Assembly: GCF_001194135.2 (NCBI RefSeq)
Contig: NC_068999.1
Coordinates: forward strand, 44,954,626-44,998,591
Direction: 5' to 3'
Length of the DNA: 43,966 nucleotides
Origin: Octopus bimaculoides
Lineage: Eukaryota
The notes under the pieces were generated by a model, which was given only the letters and a program-made list of their open reading frames with translations, did no database searches and was not told the DNA's origin. Made by a program: the position numbers and the translations under genes. Of the stretch, positions 25,408 through 36,348 are shown piece by piece. How positions within the stretch are numbered: position 1 is the stretch's first letter; the number at the start of each line of letters is the position of its first letter.

Positions 25408-25527
25408 ACGCTTCAGTCATTTGACTGCGGCCATGCTGTAGCACCGCTTTTAGTCGAAGAAATCGACCCCCTAGGATTTATTCTTTGTGAGCCTAGTACT
25501 TATTCTATCGGGTTCTTTTGCCGAACC
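25408..25527 (-). mobile_element. SINE family B 3' part
   Basis: CAGTCATTTGACTGCGGCCATGCTGTAGCACCGCTTTTAGTCGA..ATCGACCCC..CCTAGTACTTATTCTATCGG..TTGCCGAACC is the reverse complement of the B tail. Confidence 0.9.
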
Positions 25528-25608
25528 ACTGACTGTTCGATATTATCGTATTTTATACACGCATACACATATATACGTGTATATATATATGTGTGTGTGC
25601 GCGCGTAC

Positions 25609-25652
<44 letters not shown>

Positions 25653-25808
25653 TGGCAGAAACACACACACGGACGGATGGATGGACGGAGGGACAGGCAG
25701 ACATGTGTATATATTGTTCTATACATACGTCAAAATAAAGACTCTTCACGAAACAACTGTAACGATACCAGACAATCCATATGCGTGGGTTGTTTTTTTT
25801 ATTATATA

Positions 25809-25986
25809 TACATGGTCTGATCAATAAGCATCCGGCCTATTGTAAACTGCGAGAGTGAGCAAGAATGTTAAAACTTAGTTCGCATGCACAGCAGAGTTCA
25901 AGGACAATCTGTACCAAGCGGCGTCACTCTGGCTGCTTTAGCTTCGTTACCATGGCAACAGTTCGGATACTTATTGATCAGACTTC

Positions 25987-25989
<3 letters not shown>
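25809..25989 (-). mobile_element. Mariner-derived MITE (~180 bp) with TA ends, same family as 15136-15551
   Basis: Left TACATGGTCTGATCAATAAGCATCCGG; right reverse complement TACGAAGTCTGATCAATAAGTATCCGAACTG. The minus strand is collinear with 15136-15290 for ~150 bp (GTTGCCAT.GTAACGAAGC.AAAGCA..AGATTG.CCTTGA.CTCTG.TGTGCATGC..CTAAGTTTT.AC). Confidence 0.9.
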
Positions 25990-26023
<34 letters not shown>

Positions 26024-26039
26024 CGCGCACACACATATG

Positions 26040-26260
26040 TCTTCGTCTTTTTTTCTGTAAATTTCAACTATATATGTACATATATGTATATTTGAAATTT
26101 ATAGAACAAAAGACGAAGATAGGTGTATAAACAACAAACAGGTGAATTACTTTAACGCTCGGGAAGGTGAGAAAGTCTTTTACGTTTCGAGCCTACGCTC
26201 TTCAACAGACAGGAACACGACTAAATAAACAGAGAGAGAATTTTTTAAATGTTTTGGAGC
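26040..26260 (-). mobile_element. Short Penelope-type element end with a hammerhead-like motif, plus a 28-bp inverted copy of its 3' end
   Basis: Arms 26040-26067 and 26092-26119 are inverted (26/28 identical) around a TA-rich spacer, and a hammerhead-like motif lies on the minus strand at 26177-26212. The PLE assignment is inferred from the motif. Confidence 0.55.
26177..26212 (-). ncRNA. Degenerate minimal type I hammerhead ribozyme-like motif
   Basis: Minus strand reads CTGT-CTGTTGA-A-GAGC(GTAG)GCTC-GAAA-CG-TA-AAAG, with a perfect stem II, GAAA, palindromic ACGT and a GUA triplet. The core is CUGUUGA instead of CUGANGA and stem I has a mismatch. Confidence 0.5.
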
Positions 26261-26896
26261 GAGCGGTCAATCACTCGTTTCAGTTATTAGAACTTCACAG
26301 AAATGACCAAGGAATAAACAACGGTAATAGCAACAGTCTGGAAGGATCTTCAGATCTATAGAAATTGCCTAGACTTTTGAGACTAGGCTGTGAAAGTGTA
26401 TTTCCTACTAGATGTTCCGGAAATTTTTGGATATTCGAACGATATCCTTAATAAGATATTCCAAACTGCGTTAGAGTGAGACGCATAATTACAAAAGACC
26501 CAATTGGTTTTGGTGTAAATAAGCATTACCAAAGTGTTTAATTAGCTTCACCGTTACCTTTTCGGTCCTGCCAACGACCTTACGAATGCTAAAGGAAACC
26601 ATTTTAATTTCACCTTCTCAAAATGTTCTTGCTTTGTTGATGCAGGAAAAGTCAGGTGACGAAATTTAGTGCAGATTAAATTTATTAAACGGGTTCGATA
26701 GCTCTGTAAATTTAGATAATTGTAATTAATTATCAATGGTCAAGATTAAATATCTCGAGGACGTATTCATGAGTTATGGGAAGCTGGAATTGTAGTCACT
26801 GGCACAGTGATGCGCCAGGTCCAGCATTCGACCCTCCCAGAAAGGGAGAGGTTCCAAAAACACTATCTTGCTATCTTCAGCAATTCGGTTCTCATG

Positions 26897-26950
26897 CCTA
26901 AAGGCGGTGCTCCAGCATGATCACAGTCAACTGAAATAGATAAAAGAATA
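26897..26950 (+). mobile_element. SINE family B extreme 3' end
   Basis: CTAAAGGCGGTGCTCCAGCATGATCACAGTCAACTGAAATAGATAAAAGAATAA. Confidence 0.75.
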
Positions 26951-28301
26951 ATGTATGTATGATATATGTTTGTTTTTTGCTTCTATGCATAAACAAAATA
27001 ATTCTTTAGATTCGTGACAATCTGCCACATGTTTCGATTGGCTAATGTCTTCATCAAATGAGATCAGTAGATTGAAATATACTTCAGTTTGTCACGAATC
27101 ATAACATTAGATTTTAAAAATAAACATTCATTTTTCGATATTTTCCGTCACGTATCGTTTCAGCTGATTCTGCCTGAGAATGACATGTCATTAAGGATAC
27201 ACATGTTTGCGGAATACTCAATCATGTATACATTAATCTAACGTGTGGGTAGTTCTGTTAATCGAACGACTGAATACTCATCGTCGAAACCGATGGAGGA
27301 TCCAATATAATTACTGCACGCGTACGTGTGTGTGACAGAGAGAGTGTGTGTCTGTGCGTGTATATCCGTGTGTGTATGTGTCTGTACCTGTGTGTGCATA
27401 TCTGTGTGTGCGTGTGTGTGTGTGTGTGTGCGTGTGTGTGTGTGTGTGTGTGTTGGTACGCGTAATTAGAAAGCGAAGGTTTTATTTAAATCACTTCTAA
27501 AGACAGAATCGACGTGCTTGTGACGACCCGCTCTCTCTCTCTTTCAATGGAGTCCTGCTTATTAATCACACTTATACTTTAATCTCACTCACCCCACTGT
27601 CTTTTACACCCCATATATATAAACAAGCCAGACCTAACCCCTGTGCTTCCTCTTCTGTTACAAACGTGACCCGTCTTCCAACGAACCTCTTTCAATATTC
27701 ATGAGTTGCAATTATTATTTAGAATTACCTTAACTACGAGGACCAAATTGAAACTCCATTAAGACTCCTCCTTATGTGTATGTGTGAACATGTGTGAAAT
27801 TCCCATAAACTCTTGACGAGTTAACGAAGAACGCGTCATGTGGTTACACCGATTGACAAAACTGTAGCAAAATCTGCATTAGCTAATACTCTGCCTTCTT
27901 AAAAATAGTTAAATGTACTGGGTAATGTAATCCAAAAAGTTATATATGTTAGAAAAGAAAACGAAATGATCGCTGGATTTATGCCGGTCGAACGATGTAG
28001 ATTTGCCATTGAAAAATTTGGGTTTTATTGGGGTTTTTTTTTTCATATGCGAGCGTCGTCAGAAATCATGGCACTCGACGAAGCGGTGCGTGTAGCGGAG
28101 CAATTGTGGCACTCTGATCGAGTAGCCCTCGTACTCCTGGTGAGTGAAGATCATAACGCTTGTCGAGACTGTAAGCCGACATCCTTTAAGATTCATCATT
28201 GAATGTTGGAGTAAGAAGTATATACCCCTGGCGGGCACATAAAATCGTTCGAGCTACGATCTGTATGCCATAGTGTTACTTTGTTATTCTAAATTAGACG
28301 A

Positions 28302-28530
28302 AGGTGGTGAGCGGGCAGAATCATTAAGCTCGCCAAAACGCTTAGGACAAAACGCTTAGCGACATTTCGTGCCTCTTTGTTCTCCGTTCAAATGCCACCA
28401 AGGTCGACTTTGCTTTTAATCCCCTTCGTGGTAGATAAATCAAGTACCAGCTGAGCAGTGGGGTCAAGGTAGCCGACTTAACTCCATCCTGCTGGGATTT
28501 TGACAAAATTTGAGACCAGTATTAATAATA
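28302..28530 (+). mobile_element. SINE family A, diverged
   Basis: AGGTGGTGAGCGGGCAGAATC..GTTCAAATGCCACCAAGGTCGACTTTGC..AAGTACCAG..TGGGGTC. Confidence 0.85.
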
Positions 28531-28536
28531 TGAACA

Positions 28537-28755
28537 AGGCGGTGAGCTGCCAGGGTCATTAGTACGTTGGGAAAATTGCTTAGCGGCTTTTCGTCCGTCT
28601 CTACGTTCTGATTTCAAATTCTGCTGAGGTCGACTTTGTCTTTCATCCTTTCGGGCTCGATAAAATAAGTACCAGATGAGCACGGGGGTAGATATAATCG
28701 ACCGACCTCATACTCAAAATTTCCAGGCATTGTATATAAAATAGAAACTATTATT
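28537..28755 (+). mobile_element. SINE family A, in tandem with the previous copy
   Basis: AGGCGGTGAGCTGCCAG..TACGTTCTGATTTCAAATTCTGCTGAGGTCGACTTTGTCTTTCATCCTTTCGGG..AAGTACCAG. Confidence 0.9.
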
Positions 28756-29901
28756 CTAAATTAAACATATTATCTATTTATGTATTCAAACTAAATTAGA
28801 TTTAAAAGGACGAAAACTTCTAGTTTCAACGGAACGGTGCTGTATCACATTTGGCTTTTAGTGCGTGGAATAATGTAGACGAAACCGTCCCAGGAAGGTT
28901 GATGGCTTAGCTAACCGAAACTTCGAAGTCACTGCCAATACTATTTTTGTTAAAGTATAATACGTGCGCGTGTGTGTGTGTGTGTGTAACACGCACTTAA
29001 ATATATATACACATATATATGTTTGTGTGTATTTGTATGTATATATGTGTGTATATGTGTGTGTGTGAAAATTCCGCATTATCATAATATAAATGTATGT
29101 AAACTTAGGCAGTCTTCAGCAAAATCTGACGCAACTTACAATGAAATCTTGTTGAAGACTTTTTTTCATCACATCTTTAGAATTATTTCGTTAAAACTAC
29201 GCCAAATTTTAAAAGAAAATATTTTGTATTCAATAAAAATAATAAATTAATAAATAAATAATCATATTTAATAATATCGTTGCGGGAGAGCTTTTGCACT
29301 CACTCTACGCATATGCCTTCTCTTAAATTCTCATCCATTCTTTTCTCTTTATCCTTCACTTTATCCCTCGCTCCCACCCGTTTCTTGTTGGGGACTTCTT
29401 GTTCTTCATTTGTGCTGTTATTTTTTCTATGATTTTTGTTCGGGTTTTTTTTTCCCCCTTAACCCTCCGACAATAACAGAAAATTTTCAAGTTTGGAATG
29501 TCACCGTCTAAAAGCTAGAAACTTTCAGTAAACTTCCATAGAAATATTCAAAGTTTATTCAGTTTAAATGGAAAAAGACACAATGACATAATATACAGGT
29601 ACAAATACGACACGGAAGGGAGGGGATGAGGAGAAGGGGGAAGCAATAATAATAACAATAATAATAATAATAATAATAATAATAATCGGTAGGTTTCTTT
29701 TGGTGGGAGGTGGAATTTTTTGTGCCGCTTCTTCTCCTTTTCTCTCTGTTTCTTTTTCCATTTACTCAGAGCGACACACCGCATTCCAACTTACTCCACC
29801 AAATAAATCGCATACATTATCTACTAGTTCTAATTCTTTATTTACACACACACACACGCGTGCGCAAACACAAATATCTATGTATGTATATGTGTGTGTG
29901 T

Positions 29902-29938
<37 letters not shown>

Positions 29939-29955
29939 NNNNNNNNNNNNNNTGT

Positions 29956-29994
<39 letters not shown>

Positions 29995-30619
29995 CACACA
30001 AACAATCATACACGCATACATTTTTCCGTAGTTACCTTACCTGTGTATATTATGTGTGTGTAAGTAAATATCAATGTGTGTATGTATATGTATACACACA
30101 TGCTTATTATCTATTAGGTATTAAACACATGTATGTATGTATGCATGCATATGTGTAGGTAAATATTAATGTGTGTGCGTATTATGTATTTATGTATTCA
30201 CTTTTTTGTGGATTTTTCTCTGAAACGTGCAAAAGTAAACGAGGGTACATCGCTTTTTAATGTTTCCATCGAGGTAAGTGTTGGGATTAAATCTACTTAG
30301 AAAGGCAAAGTCAAACAGCTCTGGTTTCTGTCTGAACTTCTTATCTTAAGCAGCCTGATTTCGGTTTTATTTTGATGCTTTAGTTTTAAGTGTCTCAAAG
30401 AGATTTCAGAATTTTCTGAATTTTCTCAAAATTTCTCTGCCAAAGGGAATATATTTCTTATGGCAGCACACGCTAACTACGACAGCTGAACCTGTTCTTT
30501 AGTCAATTGTAGAATTACTATGATTGCTGTTGTTTAACCTTATTCAAGTCTTAGTTAAGCAGTTCTATGATGAAAAGCATTCAGGCCACGACTTCACATT
30601 TTTGTCGAGCTATGATGAT

Positions 30620-30950
30620 ATTATTTAGGCATCCTTATTTATAAACATCAAGAATCAAGAAAGTAAAAATGTTTTAGCTTCCCATTAAACAACGGGCAAT
30701 GGAAATATTTTCAACCCTAAGACAATCAAAGTGAGCCACAGTTGCACAATCAAAATTAGAAATAGCTTATCGAAACGAGCTATTAATTCTAAAGAAACTG
30801 ATACAAGATGTATATGAAAAGGCAAAGAATTATGTTCTTCCTCAAGCATAACTACGATAGTTAAAGTTAACTCAATAATAGTAATGACCAACAAAACTAC
30901 AAAACACTACATAAGAATAACCAAGAGAAGTTTCAAAATTCGCTACTACA
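30620..30950 (+). mobile_element. Penelope-like element (PLE) ORF relic: RT-thumb/linker to GIY-YIG endonuclease
   Basis: From 30704: NIFNPKTIKVSHSCTIKIRNSLSKRAINSKETDTRC, similar to the PLE linker KIFNRNTVKVSYSC. Downstream frame: KVNSIIVMTNKTTKHYIRITKRSFKIRYY, similar to GIY-YIG 'YIG.T...FK.RY'. Upstream DII*ASLF and FPLN resemble IIWFNPP and HFP. Stops and frameshifts are present. Confidence 0.75.
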
Positions 30951-31307
30951 CTCTGAAATGAAACCTTGTTTCCACCCTCCCTTCTTTCCTGTGTTGCATG
31001 CACCATTGAATAGACGAATTACACCTGGTGACTTCTTTTGACGAGTGCCGTGTACTTATACAATTGTCAATGACAATAAAGGTAGTTTCCTGTTACCTTT
31101 AATCAGTTTTTTTTTCTTTTCCAAAGCACCACCTTGTTCGCTATAGACAATTCAAAACCTCAGCCTTTCAAATATACCATTTTATATATTACATGAAACA
31201 TTATCATTTGGCTTTCATTGATGTCTTCTTTATTTCATGTTTTGCCGCTTTCTTTCTTGTCTTTCACCCTTTGCCGATGAATTGTAGTGCACCCGAACAC
31301 ATACAAT

Positions 31308-31850
31308 AAGCTGGCAGAATCGTTAGCACTACGGATAAAATACTCAGCGCCATTTCTTCCGGCTTTACGTTCTGAGTGAAGGCGCGTGGCTTAGTGGTTA
31401 AGGCATTCGGCTCACAATCGTGAGGTCATGAGTTCGATCCCCAGCAAGATATTTTATTTCACGTTGCTCCAGTCCACTCAGCTGGCAAAAATTAGTTGTA
31501 CCTGTAATTCACAAGGGCCAGCCTTGTCACATTCTGTGTAACACTTAATCTCCCCGAGAACTACGTTAAAAGTACACGTGTCTGTGAAGTACTCAGCCAC
31601 TTGCACGTTAATTTCACGAACAGGCTCTTCCGTTAATCGGATCAACTGGAACTCTCGTCGTCGCAACCGAAGGCATGCCCACTTTTTACGTTTTGAGTTC
31701 AAATTCCACCAGGGTTTGCTTCACCGTTCATCATTTCGAGGTCAATAAAATAAAGTACGTCAAATACTGGTAAGAGGAGGGGGGTCGATGTAATCAACTT
31801 CCCCTCCCCTCAAATTGCTAGCCTTGTGCCAAAATCAGAAAGAAGTATTA
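31308..31850 (+). mobile_element. SINE family A split by a family C insertion (parts 31308-31377 and 31685-31850)
   Basis: Head AAGCTGGCAGAATCGTTAGCAC..TTTACGTTCTGAGT resumes as TTTACGTTTTGAGTTCAAATTCC..GGGGTCGATGTAATCAAC..GCCTTGTGCC. Confidence 0.88.
31378..31684 (+). mobile_element. tRNA-derived SINE family C, near full length, with a 14-bp TSD
   Basis: A-box TGGCTTAGTGG, B-box GAGTTCGATCC, central CACGTTGCTCCAGTCCACTCAGCTGG, 3' GAGAACTACGTTAA..CACTTGCACGTTAATTTCACG..GGATCAACTGGAAC. TSD TTTACGTT(C/T)TGAGT at 31364-31377 and 31685-31698. Confidence 0.92.
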
Positions 31851-31904
31851 CTTGTGTATAATATAGTGAAAATCAAATGTACTTTAAAATAATGGCTATA
31901 TTTA

Positions 31905-32254
31905 GGCGCAGGCGTGGCTACGAGGTAAGAAACCTACTTCCCAGCCACATTGTTCCGGGTTCAGTCTCATTGCGTGGCACCATGGCTAAGAGTCTTCTAC
32001 TATAGCCTTGGACCGACCAAAGCCTTGCAAGTGGATTTGGTAGACGGAAACTGAAAGAAGCCCGTCGTCTATGTGTATGTCTTTGACAATCGGTGTTGGT
32101 GTGCTTACGTCCCTTTAACTTAGCGGTTCCGGTAAAAGAGACCGATAGAATAATTACCAGTCTTTAAAAACATATAGTACTAAAAATTCTTCAAGGCAGT
32201 GCCCCAGCATAGCCGCAATCTAATGACAAAAACAAGTAAAAAGTAAAAAGATAA
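31905..32254 (+). mobile_element. SINE family B, full length
   Basis: GGCGCAGGCGTGGCT head, GGGTTCAGTCTC B-box, GGCACCATGGCTAAG CORE-like segment, GGATTTGGTAGACGGAAACTGAAAGAAGCCCGTCG, tail GCCCCAGCATAGCCGCAATC..AAGTAAAAAG. Confidence 0.93.
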
Positions 32255-32599
32255 TGATTTATCGATTTTCCGTAACTGGAACTAAATCATATTTTATCTC
32301 TGCAATCCGCAAAGGGATAAAAAAAAACCGCAGGGCTGACTACGACGAGATTCGATCTCAGTAAGCGTTGGAGAGCTAGAAGAAATAGATACCCATCCCA
32401 AGTAATTCCAACCAGCGCTTTCACGGTTCCTTTTAATTCGCTGCCGCTGCCATCACCGCCGCTGCCGTTGTTGGGTTCAATTCCACATCGGCTTGAACAC
32501 GCTGAAGAATCCTGCGTTTATATATAGAAAAAAAAGAAAGGGAGCAGACGATTTGGAGATGATATAAATAGACTGAAATCGTATGATCATCATCGTCAT

Positions 32600-32610
32600 C
32601 ATCTTTATTA

Positions 32611-32646
<36 letters not shown>

Positions 32647-32857
32647 GTTTTCTATATTTATTTATTGATTGATAGGCATTAGCAAGTCGTTTCAGGTAAA
32701 TCGGGATAAAGAGAACATTAATTCACGGACGAGAAATTATTTAAACTATGTTGACATGCCCGTTTGACCTCCATACGGTTGTTGTTGTTGTTGTTGTTAG
32801 TGGTGGTGATGGTGGTAGTTTTTAGTATCTGTGGTAAGTATATTTGACAATAAGTGT

Positions 32858-32900
<43 letters not shown>

Positions 32901-33560
32901 CGTCTCTCTCGTATATTTTTTTACTTAACGGTAATGATTTTTTTTAAACGTCCAAATATAATCAATAATAGACTTTTCATGTTTTATTCTGTTATACACA
33001 CACAGATATGTGTGTGTGTGTGTGTGTGTATACATATATATATAATGCATGTATATATATGTGTTCGTGTATATATGTATGTGTGAGTTGTATGTGTGTG
33101 TGTATATAAGTATGTGTATTCGTGTATATACGTAGGCATGCGTGTATATATGTATGTGTGTGCGTGTATATGTGTGTATATATATGTATCTGTACGTGTA
33201 TACTTGTGTGTGTGCGTGTATATTTGTATGTATATGTGTGCGTGTATGTACGCGTGTTTATATGTGTNNNNNNNNNNNNNNNNNNNNNNNNNNNNNNNNN
33301 NNNNNNNNNNNNNNNNNNNNNNNNNNNNNNNNNNNNNNNNNNNNNNNNNNNNNNNNNNNNNNNNNNNNNNNNNNNNNNNNNNNNNNNNNNNNNNNNNNNN
33401 NNNNNGTGTATATAGGTGTGCGTGTGTATAAGTGTGTGTACCACACATACAATGTTCTAAGTATATGTGTGCATGTGTGCGTATATTTTTGCGCCGTGAT
33501 ATAATATATTCGCGCGTGTCTGTGTGCATGTGTGTGTGTGTATGTATGTATGTGTGTTTC
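32600..33560. repeat. (ATT)n, (GTT)n, (AGT)n and compound (TG)/(TA) microsatellites, with an N gap at 33268-33405
   Basis: Directly visible. Confidence 0.88.
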
Positions 33561-34439
33561 TGTATGGTGAATGTCATTCTACATTGACCTACACCTCCAT
33601 AGCAATTACAGCTTATATTTAACAAATAATTTACATTAAACAACCACTGAATATCGTCTGTGTGCGAATATATATATATAATGTGTGTGTATGTATGTAT
33701 GTATGTGATAAACAAACGCCCATTCAACAACTCAGCCTTTACGATATATCTTTATGTCTATCAAAACATTATCAAGTACATTATATTTATCAATTCTTCG
33801 TAACAGAAATAAATGTAAAGTTATCTCAGATGATGTCAGAACATAGAATTACTTGTTTGTGTCAACTTTCTCATATCAAAGCTAAACCGTCGTGTCGAAC
33901 TAATATCAGGGGATTGGCTTCAAATGATATCTTTTCCTTCCCTTTTAAACAGAACTTCATCGGAAAAATATCGATCGCCTAATGCTAAATAAGTCTGCTG
34001 CATTCAAAGGAAAGAATTTCGTTTGTGAGCGCCACCTGGGAGTCTGGAGGATAGTTCATCAAACATAGGAAAAGTTCTCTTGATCTGTTAAATGTTTATA
34101 GCAAAAGGAGTATTTCAGAGACTTTACTTAATGGTGGTCTTTAAAAAATATACATACATACATACATATATATATATATAATATGTTATAGGTAATAATA
34201 ATATAAAGAAAATTTGTGACGTCTGTTCTATGTATATACTCTTTAGTATTTATCTTTTGGTGAATTAAATCTCGCGAGCCTGTTTCGATTGTCAGTTAAG
34301 GCCATTGTACTTTACTTAATGCTGTTTACGCCCTCGGGAAATGCATGAATGTTCCAAATTCTCAACTTAGAAAAAATAATTGGTGATATAGAGAAAACCT
34401 TGTGACGTATGCTCTATGTACTGTACTTGGTCGCATAAA

Positions 34440-34562
34440 ATATCCCCAAGAACTACGTTAAGGGTACACGTGTCCGTTGAGTGCTCTGCCACTTGCACGT
34501 TAATTTCACGAGCGGGTTTTCCCGTTGATCGGATCAACTGGAACCCTCGTCGACGGAGCGGA
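34440..34562 (+). mobile_element. SINE family C 3' half
   Basis: CCCCAAGAACTACGTTAAGGGTACACGTGTCCG..CACTTGCACGTTAATTTCACGAG..GATCGGATCAACTGGAACCCTCGTCG matches 31550-31665. Confidence 0.92.
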
Positions 34563-36348
34563 CAGAGTGTCAATTAGTTAAAATGTTAATGATGAGGTAA
34601 TTATTCTTGTGAATTTCTCTAGTCAAATATAAATACCAACTTGATGCCTGGAAGAAATAGTATCACCATAAACTACAGTATGAAAAGGGTTCGAAAGAAT
34701 AATCATACGACTTCGTCTGACGCGCGGGTTAACAAGAGACGAGTTCGAATCTTAGGTAGAGGAGCCCGTTCATCAAATATATTGCAGTTTCTACTAAACG
34801 CCGGAGCACCTAGCAATAAGCCTGTACTTTGTTATGGAAAGCATGAGGCGTGAGCACAAAGGATATGTCGCCCAAAATCTCGAAGCGGGTCCAGGAGAGG
34901 ACAACCGTTAAAGAGGGTAAAATGTTTATAAAAAAATGTTGGTAAGAACCCTAAAATTTACAATAATTAAAATTCATAATAAAATGGAGTGGGATGTCAA
35001 TCTGGCTCTAACATGTTTCGGCCTTGTTCGACCCTATCAGCGAAGGATGATCGAAAAACATTTCCAAAATATTTAAAGAGTAAAGTGTGTCGTAGTTTTG
35101 AACACTATATGTCATATACTGGCGACTGGGGCGTGGTAGAATGTCTGGATAAAAGACGAAATAGTCACGGTTGGAACGCCTTTGACAGTAGATCTGCTTG
35201 ATCAGGGTTGATATAGAACTTAACCTCAGCAGCGGTAACAACAAGAAGATGATAGGTTTTGTTTCGCCAGGAGCTTGCCTCACGTACTCTGCGGCGCTCG
35301 CCACAGCTCCGTTAACTGCCATAAAAAGAATTATTGCCAATAAATGTTAACAGTCGATATATGAGGAGTATTAGCCCAACAGAATCATATGATTATCCTA
35401 ATTCATAAGCTGTAATTGTCGTAATAATCATTAAATAAGGTAATACAAGGTCATGCCAGTTTGCATTTACCATTGTTCTTATATAATAGCTCCCTCTTCG
35501 ATTGTTTTATAGCGAAACGCTTTCATTCTGAAGTAAATTACACTCGAAATGGTCAGAGATGCAGCAGTCACAGGCGAGGGACGGTGGAGGTATGACACAA
35601 CTAAAGTTATTAATGTAAACCCTTTGTAGTTCGATCTCCTTTCTAACGCCTACTCATCGATGTTTATTAGTTAAGTAGACTTATTCAGCCTTTAACTTTT
35701 ATTGAAATATTTCGCTATCATAGAATTGCCGTGGAACATATTGAAACAATTACGGAATACCCATCGAAGATTTTTCAATGATTTTTGTTCGATGTTTGCA
35801 AACCTAACGGATTCCAATTTTCCCTTTGGGGAAAGTGGGCGGGAAGGTCTATAAAAGATAAATTACTCAGCAGAGAAAGCAATAGCAGATTGCTCGATCT
35901 GAGAAAAATGGTCGCCAAATTTCATTCAGATTGTATTCGACCGACCTTTAAAAAAATAATGACATGGAACGGTACCGTCATTGATATACAGAAGAAAGAA
36001 AACTTTCACAGTTCGGGTTTTTGCATATGATACACAGTCCCATTTCTTTCTCTTTGTTTTTTACCACCAGAGTAATTTGGGACTTTAAGAAATGAAGGCT
36101 TTATATTGCTCGGAACATATGAAACAAAGACTAGAGGTCTGAAAGCAAGCATGGATGTTTAGGACAAATTTATGGAAATGCTTAGAAAACTCCAGTGATA
36201 CTTAATCCCAAGGTATTAAGCAGATGAGTTTCCTCCACCTGGATCGGTCACCAGTTTATCGTAAGGCGATTGGTGGTCTGCCCAGAACCTTTGGTAGCTA
36301 TTCCTGAGAGGAGACATAAACTTCCCTTGGCTACGACAGATATCAATC

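Noticed and set aside
27021-27058. Minus-strand TTGATGA..TCGAAACATGTG hammerhead-like string
   Set aside because: C3 is changed, stem II has only 2 bp, the cleavage position is G and there is no stem I.
27518-27662. TGTGAC...GTTACA-bounded segment with a TATA-like motif, resembling a solo LTR
   Set aside because: Only ~145 bp, with no matching 4-6-bp TSD and no polyadenylation signal.
31378-31445. tRNA-like sequence with A and B boxes
   Set aside because: It lacks a closing acceptor stem and continues into a SINE body, so it is a SINE head and not a tRNA gene; the same applies to the family A and B heads.
36060-36340. Possible LINE RT relic on the minus strand (IQVEETHLLNTLGLSIT)
   Set aside because: The similarity is too short and faint to support without BLASTx.
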